A stretch of 63,850 bases of DNA, taken from the NCBI GenBank assembly GCA_963629755.1, contig CAVGKH010000001.1, forward strand, positions 1 to 63,850. The letters run 5' to 3'. This DNA is from Gemmiger sp. (GTDB taxonomy: Bacteria > Bacillota > Clostridia > Oscillospirales > Ruminococcaceae). Positions 35,567 to 43,794 of the stretch are shown one piece after another. Each line of letters opens with the position of its first letter. Position 1 is the first letter of the stretch. The notes under the pieces were generated by a model that was not told where the DNA came from, did no database searches, and saw only the letters and a program-made list of their open reading frames with translations. The translations under genes were made by a program, and so were the position numbers.

Positions 35567-36549
35567 TCGCATTCGCTCCAGTTCAGCACAAAAGGCTTTG
35601 CGGCGGCGGCCAGCGTTACGCCGCCGCCTGCCTGCTTGGGCAGCACCAACTGTGCGCCGCTGCCCGCGGCCAAAAGCGCCGCGCGCTCGCACACATTGTC
35701 TACCCCCACTGTTTTTTTCACAAAAGCCGAGGCCGTAAAGCAGCCCGGCACGGCGGCCAGCACGGCCGCGCTAAAAAACCGCACTGGCCAGCTGTGCGCG
35801 GCGCAAAACGCCAGCAGCCCGGCCTCGTTTTGTTTTATATCGATGCTCGCCGCCCCCAAAATACACACAGCGGGCAGGCCGCTTTGCATAAACGCGGCTT
35901 CCAGCGCGCTTTCCGGCGTCTGCCTGCGGCAGCCAAGGCCCAGAAGCAGCGGCGGGCACAGCCAAAGTGCCGCCGCACTTTCGGGCGGCCGGCAGTCGAT
36001 AAGCAGCTGCGCGCTTTCGCGGCTATGGGCCTGCACAAGGCTCGCCGGGGGCGTGCCCTCTATGGGCCAGCGGCTCCAGAAAAGCAATTTTTGCCCTTCC
36101 AGCAGCGCTGCCGATACACGCTTGATATTTTGGGGCAATACCACGCGCAGCCCCTGGCTCTTAGCCCAGGTATCCGCCGCAAACAGGCCCCGGCCGTCTG
36201 TAGCCGTGGTGATCACAGCCTCAGCCCCGATGGCCGCCGCAATGGTTTTGGCCAGCGCGTTGGCCCCGCCCAGATGGCCGGACAGCACCGGAATGGCATA
36301 GCGCCCGTTTTCATCTACCACCACCACAGCAGGGTCGCTGGTTTTGCTTTTGATATACGGCGCAACGGCGCGCACAGCAATGCCCGCCGCGCCCACAAAC
36401 ACAAGGGCATCCGCGGCGAAGTGCCGCTTTGTCCATTCGGCCAGCGTGTTGCTGCCGCCGCAGCGCACGGCGCTGCCGCCCAAAGCCTTTGCCAGCGTTT
36501 CGGCCAGCGCAAAGCCCCGGGCCGTAAATGCGATCAGATGCACCTGCAT
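35563..36549 (-). CDS. cbiG: cobalt-precorrin-5A hydrolase
   Basis: 328 aa from ATG 36549. SGHLGGAN motif. Confidence 0.75.
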   Translation of the reverse strand: MQVHLIAFTARGFALAETLAKALGGSAVRCGGSNTLAEWTKRHFAADALVFVGAAGIAVRAVAPYIKSKTSDPAVVVVDENGRYAIPVLSGHLGGANALAKTIAAAIGAEAVITTATDGRGLFAADTWAKSQGLRVVLPQNIKRVSAALLEGQKLLFWSRWPIEGTPPASLVQAHSRESAQLLIDCRPPESAAALWLCPPLLLGLGCRRQTPESALEAAFMQSGLPAVCILGAASIDIKQNEAGLLAFCAAHSWPVRFFSAAVLAAVPGCFTASAFVKKTVGVDNVCERAALLAAGSGAQLVLPKQAGGGVTLAAAAKPFVLNWSECE

Positions 36550-36553
36550 GGCT

Positions 36554-37318
36554 TCAATTCTCCGTGCCCCTGCGGTAGCCTGTAGTGAACTTAGGGTCAT
36601 ACAGGCAGCTTTTTTCGTAGTTATGCCCGGCCAGAAAATCGCCGACCAGCACCAAGGCTGTGCGGCTGATGCCTGCCTCTTCCCCGGTTTGGGCCAAAGC
36701 GCCCAAGGGGCAGTGCAGAATTTTTTCTTCGGGCCAGGTTGCCTTATACACAAGCGCCGCCGGGGTATCGGGCGTATAGGCGCCGCCTGCCAGCAGAGCC
36801 TTCTGCACGCCGGGCAGCATGCCGCTGCTCAAAAATACCGCCATGCTGGCCCCGTGTGAAGCCAGCTTTTCCAGCGCCTCGCGCCCGGGCACCGGCGTGC
36901 GGCCCGCCAGGCGCGTGATGATCACGGTCTGGCTCACACCGGGCAGCGTGTATTCTGCGCCGAGCGCCGCCGCAGCGCCGCAGAAGCTGCTTACGCCGGG
37001 GGTATCGTCCCACAGTATGCCCAGGCGGTCGAGCTCGTCCATCTGCTCGCGCACCGCACCGTAAATGCTTTGGTCGCCTGTGTGCAGGCGCACGGTATCA
37101 ATGCCCTGCCGTTCGGCTTCACGCATGGCCTCTATCACCTGCGGCAGGCTCATTTCGGCGCTGTTATAAATGCGGCAGCCCTCGGGGGCCAGGCCCAGAA
37201 GCGCCGGGTTCACAAGGCTGCCCGCATAGATCACGCAGCCCGCCTTTTGCAGCAGGGCCGCGCCCCGCTGCGTGATAAGATCAGGGGCTCCCGGCCCCGC
37301 ACCCACAAAATGCACCAT
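36554..37318 (-). CDS. cbiF: cobalt-precorrin-4 C11-methyltransferase
   Basis: 254 aa. VHFVGAGPGAPDLIT motif. Confidence 0.85.
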   Translation of the reverse strand: MVHFVGAGPGAPDLITQRGAALLQKAGCVIYAGSLVNPALLGLAPEGCRIYNSAEMSLPQVIEAMREAERQGIDTVRLHTGDQSIYGAVREQMDELDRLGILWDDTPGVSSFCGAAAALGAEYTLPGVSQTVIITRLAGRTPVPGREALEKLASHGASMAVFLSSGMLPGVQKALLAGGAYTPDTPAALVYKATWPEEKILHCPLGALAQTGEEAGISRTALVLVGDFLAGHNYEKSCLYDPKFTTGYRRGTEN

Positions 37319-37331
37319 TGTTTTTTCCTCT

Positions 37332-38039
37332 TTATTGCTTTACGACCACCAGCGTAAAATAACCGGCTTCGCCCGGGGCAGGGCAGCTTTCGGCCAGATT
37401 TGGCCATGCCCGCTCCTCCGGCAGCCCACAGTCACACACCAGGGCGCTTTTTTCCAAAAGGCCGTGCTGCTTTAAGCACGCCAATACCTGCGGCAGCTCG
37501 TGCCCGCTTTTCATAATGATCTTTGTGCCCGGCCAGGCCAGGGCGGCCTCTAAATCGGCGGTGCCCGGCACCAGGTGCAGCGGGCTCTGCATCTCCGTTA
37601 GGCTTATGCCCAGCCTGGCTGCCGCCGCGCAGAAGCTGGGAACGCCCGGCACCATCACGGTTTTGCAGCCCTTACCGGCCAAGCGCTGCAAAAGATACTG
37701 CCCGCTGGCATAAATGCTCACATCGCCCAAATTCACCAACGCTGCATCCTGCCCGGCGTTCAGCACGCCCAGTAGCTTTTGCTCGGCGGCGGCATAGGCG
37801 GCTTCACGCTCGGCCTCACCGCGTTTCATGGCAAAATCGAGCGGAAGAATGGTTTTGCCGCCAAGATCCACCGCTTTTTCGGCGATCTCAAGCGCCAGCA
37901 TGCCGCCCCCTGCCGTGCGCGGCGCGGCGATCACCGGGCAGCGCCGCAGCACCTCGGCAGCCCACAGCGTGAGCAGAGCGGCATCGCCCGGCCCCACGCC
38001 CACGGCATACAGCGTGCCCTGTTTTATGCTTGCTTCCAT
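37332..38039 (-). CDS. cbiL: cobalt-factor II (precorrin-2) C20-methyltransferase
   Basis: 235 aa. LYAVGVGPGD motif. Confidence 0.75.
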   Translation of the reverse strand: MEASIKQGTLYAVGVGPGDAALLTLWAAEVLRRCPVIAAPRTAGGGMLALEIAEKAVDLGGKTILPLDFAMKRGEAEREAAYAAAEQKLLGVLNAGQDAALVNLGDVSIYASGQYLLQRLAGKGCKTVMVPGVPSFCAAAARLGISLTEMQSPLHLVPGTADLEAALAWPGTKIIMKSGHELPQVLACLKQHGLLEKSALVCDCGLPEERAWPNLAESCPAPGEAGYFTLVVVKQ

Positions 38040-39157
38040 ATGCGTAAAAGCTCCTTTGCAGCCTCGGTCTCGCCCAAAAGGCCATACACCTTGCTGAACA
38101 TTACCAGCCCGGTGCGCATGTTTTCTCCGGCACGGCGGGCCAGGTTTGCGGCGGCTTTCTGCGTGATGCCCTTTAGCACAGGCTCGGCCAGCCCGGCCGC
38201 CTGCAAAAGCTCGATGCAGGCATCGCTTGTGGCGGCGCTCATTAGCTTTTCACACAGCACGCGGTCGGCCCCGGCCAAGGCTGCCTGAGCCGTAAAAATT
38301 TCGGCGCGGCCATCGGCCATACGGGAGTGCGTGTTCATAATGCCGGCCGCCAGCTTGCACAGCTTGCCCATATGCCCCACCAGCAGCAGCTCACGAAAGC
38401 CTAATAGAGCGGCAGCATCCAGCGCTTCGCCGATGTAATTGCTGCACTTGACTACCGGCACACCCAGGGCATTCCAGCCCTGTTCAGCCAGGTAATCGGT
38501 GCCATAGTTGCCGGGTGTTATGATAAGGCGGCTGCTGCCAGCACGGGCCTGCCGCAACTCGATGTTCATGCTTTCAGTGAGGGCTGCCTCGCTCATGGGC
38601 TCCACTATGCCGCTGGTGCCTAAAATCGAAATCCCGCCCTCGATGCCCAGCATGGGGTTAAAGGTTTTGGCCGCAAGCTCTTTTCCGCCCGGGGCAAATA
38701 TCGTGATCTCCAGCCCGCCTGTATAGCCCAGTGCTCGGCACACCTTTTGAGCGCTTTCGCGGATCATGCGGCGCGGCACCGAGTTGATGGCCCATTCGCC
38801 CGCCGGCTGATCAAGCCCGGGTTTTGTTACCTTTCCTATGCCCTCGCCCCCGCACAGGGCATAGCCCTGCGCGGTTTTTCGCGCTTTTGCATAGATCAAA
38901 AGGCCGTTTGTGATGTCGGGGTCATCCCCGGCATCCTTCTGCACGGCGCACTGTGCCCAGCCGGGCCCGACCTGCAGGCAGAGCGGCTCGGCCTCTACCG
39001 GCCAGCCTTTGGGCGTTTGCAGCGAAAGGCTGCCGGGCACTTTGCCGCTGAGCAGCAGCTGCACGGCCCCGGCCGCCGCCAATGCAGCGCAGGTGCCCGT
39101 GGTGTAGCCGCAGCGCAGCTCTCGCTGGCCGCAGCGTATGCGGTGATCGAACGCCAC
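38024..39157 (-). CDS. cbiD: cobalt-precorrin-5B C1-methyltransferase
   Basis: 377 aa. GYTTGTCAALAAAGA motif. First gene of the operon. Confidence 0.85.
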   Translation of the reverse strand: MAFDHRIRCGQRELRCGYTTGTCAALAAAGAVQLLLSGKVPGSLSLQTPKGWPVEAEPLCLQVGPGWAQCAVQKDAGDDPDITNGLLIYAKARKTAQGYALCGGEGIGKVTKPGLDQPAGEWAINSVPRRMIRESAQKVCRALGYTGGLEITIFAPGGKELAAKTFNPMLGIEGGISILGTSGIVEPMSEAALTESMNIELRQARAGSSRLIITPGNYGTDYLAEQGWNALGVPVVKCSNYIGEALDAAALLGFRELLLVGHMGKLCKLAAGIMNTHSRMADGRAEIFTAQAALAGADRVLCEKLMSAATSDACIELLQAAGLAEPVLKGITQKAAANLARRAGENMRTGLVMFSKVYGLLGETEAAKELLRIWKQA

Positions 39158-39197
39158 GCCCTATGCCCCCTTGCCTTTTATATAAATACATCTATAG

Positions 39198-39227
39198 ATT
39201 TTAGCACAACCGGCTGAATACAGTCAA
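39198..39227 (-). promoter_or_regulatory. putative promoter of the cbi/cob operon
   Basis: Minus strand TTGACT, 18 nt, TAAAAT, about 35 nt upstream of the cbiD ATG. Confidence 0.45.
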
Positions 39228-39317
39228 GAAAAGGGGCCGCCCTTGTATGCCGGGGCACCAGATAGTGATTTTTTACACAATTTACACACTTGTAACAATT
39301 TCGCACCCTCACAGGCC

Positions 39318-39346
39318 TTGCGCACGGGGGTTGGATATCTTATAAT
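39318..39346 (+). promoter_or_regulatory. putative promoter of tetR/radical-SAM operon
   Basis: TTGCGC, 17 nt, TATAAT (39341-39346). Confidence 0.35.
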
Positions 39347-39403
39347 GAAGTTACATTTGAGTTGTTTTGTTACAATCTTATTTCAAAAGGAGAATTTTCC
39401 ATC

Positions 39404-39943
39404 ATGGCTCATTCTACCAAGCACGACCTGTCCGAAGCGCTTCGGCATCTGCTTTCGGACCGCCCCTTGGATAAGATCACTGTGCAGGACATTGCAGACA
39501 CTGCCGGCGTAAGCCGCAAGACCTTTTATTACCATTTTCAGGATGTATACGACCTGCTGGAATGGATGCTCGAGCAGGACCGTACCCGCCTGGAGCCCGA
39601 TTTTTCTGACCGCAACTCCTGGCGCACAGCCGTAGTCAACCTGCTGGCCTTCTGCCAGGAGAATCAGGCCATGATCCAGAACCTGTTCCGTTCAATCAGC
39701 CGTGACACGCTGGACCGATATACTTACTCGATCTTGTTAAAAAGCCTGAAAGACTATGCGCGCAGCCAGGCTTCGGTGCACAAGCTTACCGAAAAGCAGT
39801 ATGAGGCACTGCTGCAGTTTACGGCACACGGCCTGCAGGGCATTCTGATCACCTGGATCGACAGCGGTATGCGCCTGCCTGCCGCCGAACTAGTGGAAAC
39901 TGCGGATACGATTTTTATGCTGCGGGAACACTCCCCTCAGTAA
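39404..39943 (+). CDS. TetR/AcrR family transcriptional regulator
   Basis: 179 aa from ATG 39404 (AAAGGAG RBS). HTH ITVQDIADTAGVSRKTFYYHF. Confidence 0.8.
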   Translation: MAHSTKHDLSEALRHLLSDRPLDKITVQDIADTAGVSRKTFYYHFQDVYDLLEWMLEQDRTRLEPDFSDRNSWRTAVVNLLAFCQENQAMIQNLFRSISRDTLDRYTYSILLKSLKDYARSQASVHKLTEKQYEALLQFTAHGLQGILITWIDSGMRLPAAELVETADTIFMLREHSPQ

Positions 39944-39967
39944 CAAGCATTTTTGAAAGGAGCCCCT

Positions 39968-40834
39968 ATGCACTATTCCGGCGATGTTTTCCGCCCGCCC
40001 AGCGAAGCCTACAGCCTGATCTTACAGGTCACGCTTGGCTGCAGCCATAACCGCTGTGCGTTCTGCTATATGTACAAGGCCAAAAAATTCTCGATTCGCC
40101 CTTTAAAAGAGGTGTTTGAGGATATTGAAGAGGCCGCGCCCTACCGTTTTCGCCGCGTATTTCTGGCCGATGGCGATGCCCTGATCTTACCCACCGAAAC
40201 ACTGGTAGAGATCCTTACCCGCATTCGCAAGCGTATTCCCACCTGCCAGCGCGTGGGCGTATACGGCTCACCCAACAGCATTCTGCGCAAGACCCCCGAG
40301 GAACTGGAAATGCTGCGCAAGCTAGGCCTTGGCATCGTGTATATGGGCCTGGAAAGCGGCAATGACGGGGTGCTGAAAAAGTTTGACAAGGGCTTTGATG
40401 CCGCGCACATCATTGAGGCCGGCAAGCGCGTAAAGGCTGCCGGGCTGCTTTTGAGTGTTACGGCCATTAACGGCCTGGGCGGCCAGGCCATGAGCGAGGC
40501 CCATGCGCTGGATACCGCCAAGGCCTTTACCGCCATGAAGCCGGATTATGTGGGCATGCTCACCCTGCGCGTTTACGGCAACACCCCGCTGGCCGGGTGG
40601 GTGCGCAGCGGCGAATTCAAACTGCTGGACGGGCCCATTGCCCTGGCGCGTGAAAACCGACTGCTGATTGAAAATATGGACTGCGAGGGAACGGTTTTCC
40701 GCTCGAACCACGCCAGCAACTATCTGGCGCTGGCCGGTACACTGAACAAAGATAAGCCCCGCCTGCTGGCACAGCTGGATGCCGCCCTGGAGGGCAAGCG
40801 CCGCTTCCGCAGCGAGGTACAGCTGGGATTTTGA
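39968..40834 (+). CDS. radical SAM domain protein with atypical Cx4Cx2C motif
   Basis: 288 aa from ATG 39968 (GAAAGGAG RBS). GCSHNRCAFCYMY at 40040-40066. GLESG-type and downstream TIM-barrel motifs. Confidence 0.7.
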   Translation: MHYSGDVFRPPSEAYSLILQVTLGCSHNRCAFCYMYKAKKFSIRPLKEVFEDIEEAAPYRFRRVFLADGDALILPTETLVEILTRIRKRIPTCQRVGVYGSPNSILRKTPEELEMLRKLGLGIVYMGLESGNDGVLKKFDKGFDAAHIIEAGKRVKAAGLLLSVTAINGLGGQAMSEAHALDTAKAFTAMKPDYVGMLTLRVYGNTPLAGWVRSGEFKLLDGPIALARENRLLIENMDCEGTVFRSNHASNYLALAGTLNKDKPRLLAQLDAALEGKRRFRSEVQLGF

Positions 40835-40856
40835 TTTTTTAAGATCGAGATCTGTG

Positions 40857-41057
40857 CATTTGGGGCCGAATGGGCACGATGTGGTTGGTTACAGCCCGGC
40901 TTTGACCAAATGTTTCTTTAATGTGCAGTGCTCATTCTAAAAAAAGCAGCACTCTGTAAGCACTGCCCCCTTGTGCCGAGGAGCTCTTGGCCACAGGTCA
41001 GCCGTGACGAGGTATAAGGGGGGCAGTGCGAACGGTGCCGCAAGCTGATTTAAATTT
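40857..41057 (+). repeat. nested-hairpin repeat family, copy A (about 200 bp)
   Basis: Hairpin 1 GAATGGGCAC (40868) / GTGCTCATTC (40928). Hairpin 2 GCACTGCCCCCTT (40960) / AAGGGGGGCAGTGC (41016). Its loop GTGCCGAGGAGCTCTTGGCC..CCGTGACGAGGTAT is shared with copy B. Confidence 0.75.
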
Positions 41058-41094
41058 ACCATTTTGTTTTCTCGAAAAGAGGCTGTAAAAGTTT

Positions 41095-41499
41095 ATGGAT
41101 TATGAATCGCTGCGCCAATGGGCCAACCAGGCCAGCCCATTTATGATGCACAACGGCATTCTGATCACCGATGTGGCCGACGGCTGTGCCACGGCCTCGG
41201 CCGATATGAGCCGTTTGGCGCAGAACCCTTACGGCGCGGCGCACGGCGGCTTTTTGTTTACCATGGCCGACTGCGCCACCGGCGTGGCTGTACATACCGA
41301 CAGCCGCCATTATGTTACCTTGAATTCTAACCTGAATTTTATGCGCATGGCCAAAGAGGGCACCGTTACCGCCGATGCCCGGGTGGTCAAGCGCGGGCAG
41401 ACCGTTTCGGTGGCCGAGGTCGTAATCACCTGCTGCGGGCAGGAGCTTGCCAGTGGCACCTTTACTTACTTCTGCCTGGATGCGCAGAGTAAAAAGTAA
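41095..41499 (+). CDS. PaaI family (hotdog-fold) thioesterase
   Basis: 134 aa. AHGGFLFTMADCATG motif. Confidence 0.75.
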   Translation: MDYESLRQWANQASPFMMHNGILITDVADGCATASADMSRLAQNPYGAAHGGFLFTMADCATGVAVHTDSRHYVTLNSNLNFMRMAKEGTVTADARVVKRGQTVSVAEVVITCCGQELASGTFTYFCLDAQSKK

Positions 41500-41534
41500 C
41501 CTTTTAGAAAGTTTTTAGTAATATAAAATAAAAA

Positions 41535-41582
41535 GTCATTGCATACTGCCGATTTTTGGCATATGCAATGGCTTTTATTTTT
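41535..41582. terminator. bidirectional intrinsic terminator
   Basis: About 15-bp stem GTCATTGCATACTGCC/GGCATATGCAATGGC flanked by A-run and T-run. Confidence 0.75.
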
Positions 41583-41629
41583 ATAATTTTGCACTTATTC
41601 CCGGTTCGTTTATTTGTGCGCTATAAAGC

Positions 41630-42619
41630 TTACGGGCTTTTCGTTTTTTTGTTTTCACCCTCGTTTTCTGCCTGGGCAAAGCGGCACAAATAGCGAATGT
41701 ATCTTTGGGCCGCGTCGGGCAAAGGTCTGTCTTTTAAATAAATGTAATACAGCGAATGGTTGAACTGGCTGTGATCGGTGACCTCTGCGGGAAACGGAAA
41801 CGGCAGAATGCGTATGCCGAGCGCCGGCATCGGGCGGCCTTCCAACTGGTTGCCCAGGGCAATATAGTCGGTATCGCGCAGCACATCGTGCATGATAGAG
41901 CGGTCAGCTATGCGCACCACCTGCTTAAAGCGGTCAAAATCCACAAGGTCGGGCAGAGAATAGCTGTTGTAAAAGCCGTCGGCAATGCCGTTCAGGTTTA
42001 CGCTGCTGCTGTTTTGCAGCACCACAAGATTGTAGTTATACAAATCTTCAAGCGTAAAATCCGGCTTATCAAACAAGGGGTGCCCGCGCCGCAGCAATAT
42101 GTGCAGGCTGGTACCGAACGCCTTTTTATATTCAATATGCCGCCCTTTAAAGAATTCTGCATTGCCGGGGGCATGAATATCCTTTAAAAAGAGCACACCC
42201 AAATCAGAGCGGTGGTTATAGACCGAGTCGATCACGCCCGTCGCATTTTTTTCTTTATAACTGTAGCGCAGGTTCTTGCCGGGCATATCGCGCAGCATAT
42301 TGGTAAACGCCGCCACCGAATACGAGCAGGGCGAGCTTACCACGCGCAGTGTGCTTACCGGCGCGTTTTGATGAAAAGCGTTTTCAAACTCATCGGCCTG
42401 GGCTACCAGGTCTTTTGCCATTTCTAAAAACATGCGGCCGTTTTCGGTAAGGGTGAGGCCGCGCTTATCGCGTATGAAAAGGGTAATGTGATATTCCTGC
42501 TCGGTATCGTGCAGCACCCGGCTTAAATAAGACTGCGAAACATATAATTTCTGTGCGGCCGCCGAAAGTGAGCCGCAGCGCTCGATCTCGGTAAGATAGC
42601 GAAGATTGCGGATATTCAT
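41630..42619 (-). CDS. LysR family transcriptional regulator
   Basis: 329 aa from ATG 42619 (MNIRNLRYLTEIERCGSLSAAAQKLYVSQSYLSR HTH). Divergent from pxpA. Confidence 0.8.
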   Translation of the reverse strand: MNIRNLRYLTEIERCGSLSAAAQKLYVSQSYLSRVLHDTEQEYHITLFIRDKRGLTLTENGRMFLEMAKDLVAQADEFENAFHQNAPVSTLRVVSSPCSYSVAAFTNMLRDMPGKNLRYSYKEKNATGVIDSVYNHRSDLGVLFLKDIHAPGNAEFFKGRHIEYKKAFGTSLHILLRRGHPLFDKPDFTLEDLYNYNLVVLQNSSSVNLNGIADGFYNSYSLPDLVDFDRFKQVVRIADRSIMHDVLRDTDYIALGNQLEGRPMPALGIRILPFPFPAEVTDHSQFNHSLYYIYLKDRPLPDAAQRYIRYLCRFAQAENEGENKKTKSP

Positions 42620-42659
42620 ATAAAGCTTCCTTTGCGTGCTCTTTGCAGGCACTCTATTA

Positions 42660-42673
42660 TAACCAAATGGTTA
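42660..42673. promoter_or_regulatory. perfect palindrome TAACCA-AA-TGGTTA (candidate LysR box)
   Basis: 14-bp inverted repeat, T-N12-A type, just upstream of the lysR start. Confidence 0.4.
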
Positions 42674-42827
42674 AGCATGCTTCCAAAACAGGAATTGGAC
42701 ATATGTTACAAAACATGCTATAAACATGGTAACAGGGCCAATATAAACGGTTTTAATGGCAGCATTTTAGTCTTTTCTGTTAAAATTGTCAATCCCTGCT
42801 TGGCCGCATCTTTTTTCTATTAGAACC

Positions 42828-42887
42828 AAACAGTGAATATGCTTTATTCCAAAAAGCATTTTAGCCCAAGCGCTTTATTCACTGTTT
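42828..42887 (+). promoter_or_regulatory. 12-bp perfect inverted repeat framing the pxpA leader
   Basis: AAACAGTGAATA (42828-42839) and TATTCACTGTTT (42876-42887), ending 10 nt before the pxpA RBS. Confidence 0.45.
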
Positions 42888-42909
42888 AAAGAGAAAGGGG
42901 AAATTGAAT

Positions 42910-43677
42910 ATGTATAAGGTAGATCTGAACAGCGATCTGGGTGAAAGCTTCGGCGCATACAAAATCGGTTTGGATGATGAAGTTGTCAAATATGTCACTT
43001 CGGTCAATGTGGCCTGCGGCTATCACGCCGGAGACCCGGTTGTAATGAACAAAACCGTTGCCATGGCCAAAGAGCATGGCGTGGCAGTGGGCGCACACCC
43101 CGGCTTCCCTGATCTGATGGGGTTTGGCCGCCGCAACATGGTGGTTTCCCCCGCTGAGGCCAAGGCTTACACCCAGTATCAGGTAGGTGCACTGAGCGCT
43201 TTCTGCAAGGCCAACGGCATTCCCCTGCAGCATGTAAAGCCGCACGGCGCTTTTTATAACATGGCCGCCAAGGATATGGCCCTGGCAACCGCCATTGCCG
43301 AGGGCGTTGCCTCGGTAAACAGCGATCTGATCTTTATGGGCCTGGCGGGAAGCCTGATGCTCACCGCCGCCAAAAATGCCGGTCTGCGCACCGCCAGCGA
43401 GGTATTCGCCGACCGTGCTTACCAGGCCGACGGCACGCTGGTGCCCCGCTCAAAGCCCGGTGCTGTGATCCATGATACCGATGTAGCCATTGCCCGCACC
43501 ATCCGCATGGTAAAAGAAGGCAAGGTGACCGCCATCACCGGCGAAGAGGTAGAGATCGCCGCCGACTCCATCTGCGTGCACGGCGACAATGTTTCGGCTG
43601 TGGAATTTGTAAAGAATATCCGTGCCCGGCTGGAGGCTGAGGGCGTGACCCTGGCCCCCCTGAGCGAGATCGTATAA
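42910..43677 (+). CDS. pxpA: 5-oxoprolinase subunit A (LamB/YcsF family)
   Basis: 255 aa. [11 protein letters not shown] and [11 protein letters not shown] motifs. Confidence 0.85.
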   Translation: MYKVDLNSDLGESFGAYKIGLDDEVVKYVTSVNVACGYHAGDPVVMNKTVAMAKEHGVAVGAHPGFPDLMGFGRRNMVVSPAEAKAYTQYQVGALSAFCKANGIPLQHVKPHGAFYNMAAKDMALATAIAEGVASVNSDLIFMGLAGSLMLTAAKNAGLRTASEVFADRAYQADGTLVPRSKPGAVIHDTDVAIARTIRMVKEGKVTAITGEEVEIAADSICVHGDNVSAVEFVKNIRARLEAEGVTLAPLSEIV

Positions 43678-43794
43678 CCCAGTATTTTTTGGTTTACCCG
43701 TGCACGGGTTTGTGGAATTTCCCGTGCGCGGTTATAAAAACCGGCAGCAGTGCAAAGCCCTTGCATTGCCGCCCCGAAGAAGGAGTCTTGCCTT

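Noticed and set aside
39158-39403. Expected a B12 riboswitch upstream of cbiD.
   Set aside because: No B12 box or GGGAA/GGTGAAA core appears on either strand. The spacer is AT-rich and is occupied by divergent promoters. The leader is too short for an aptamer.
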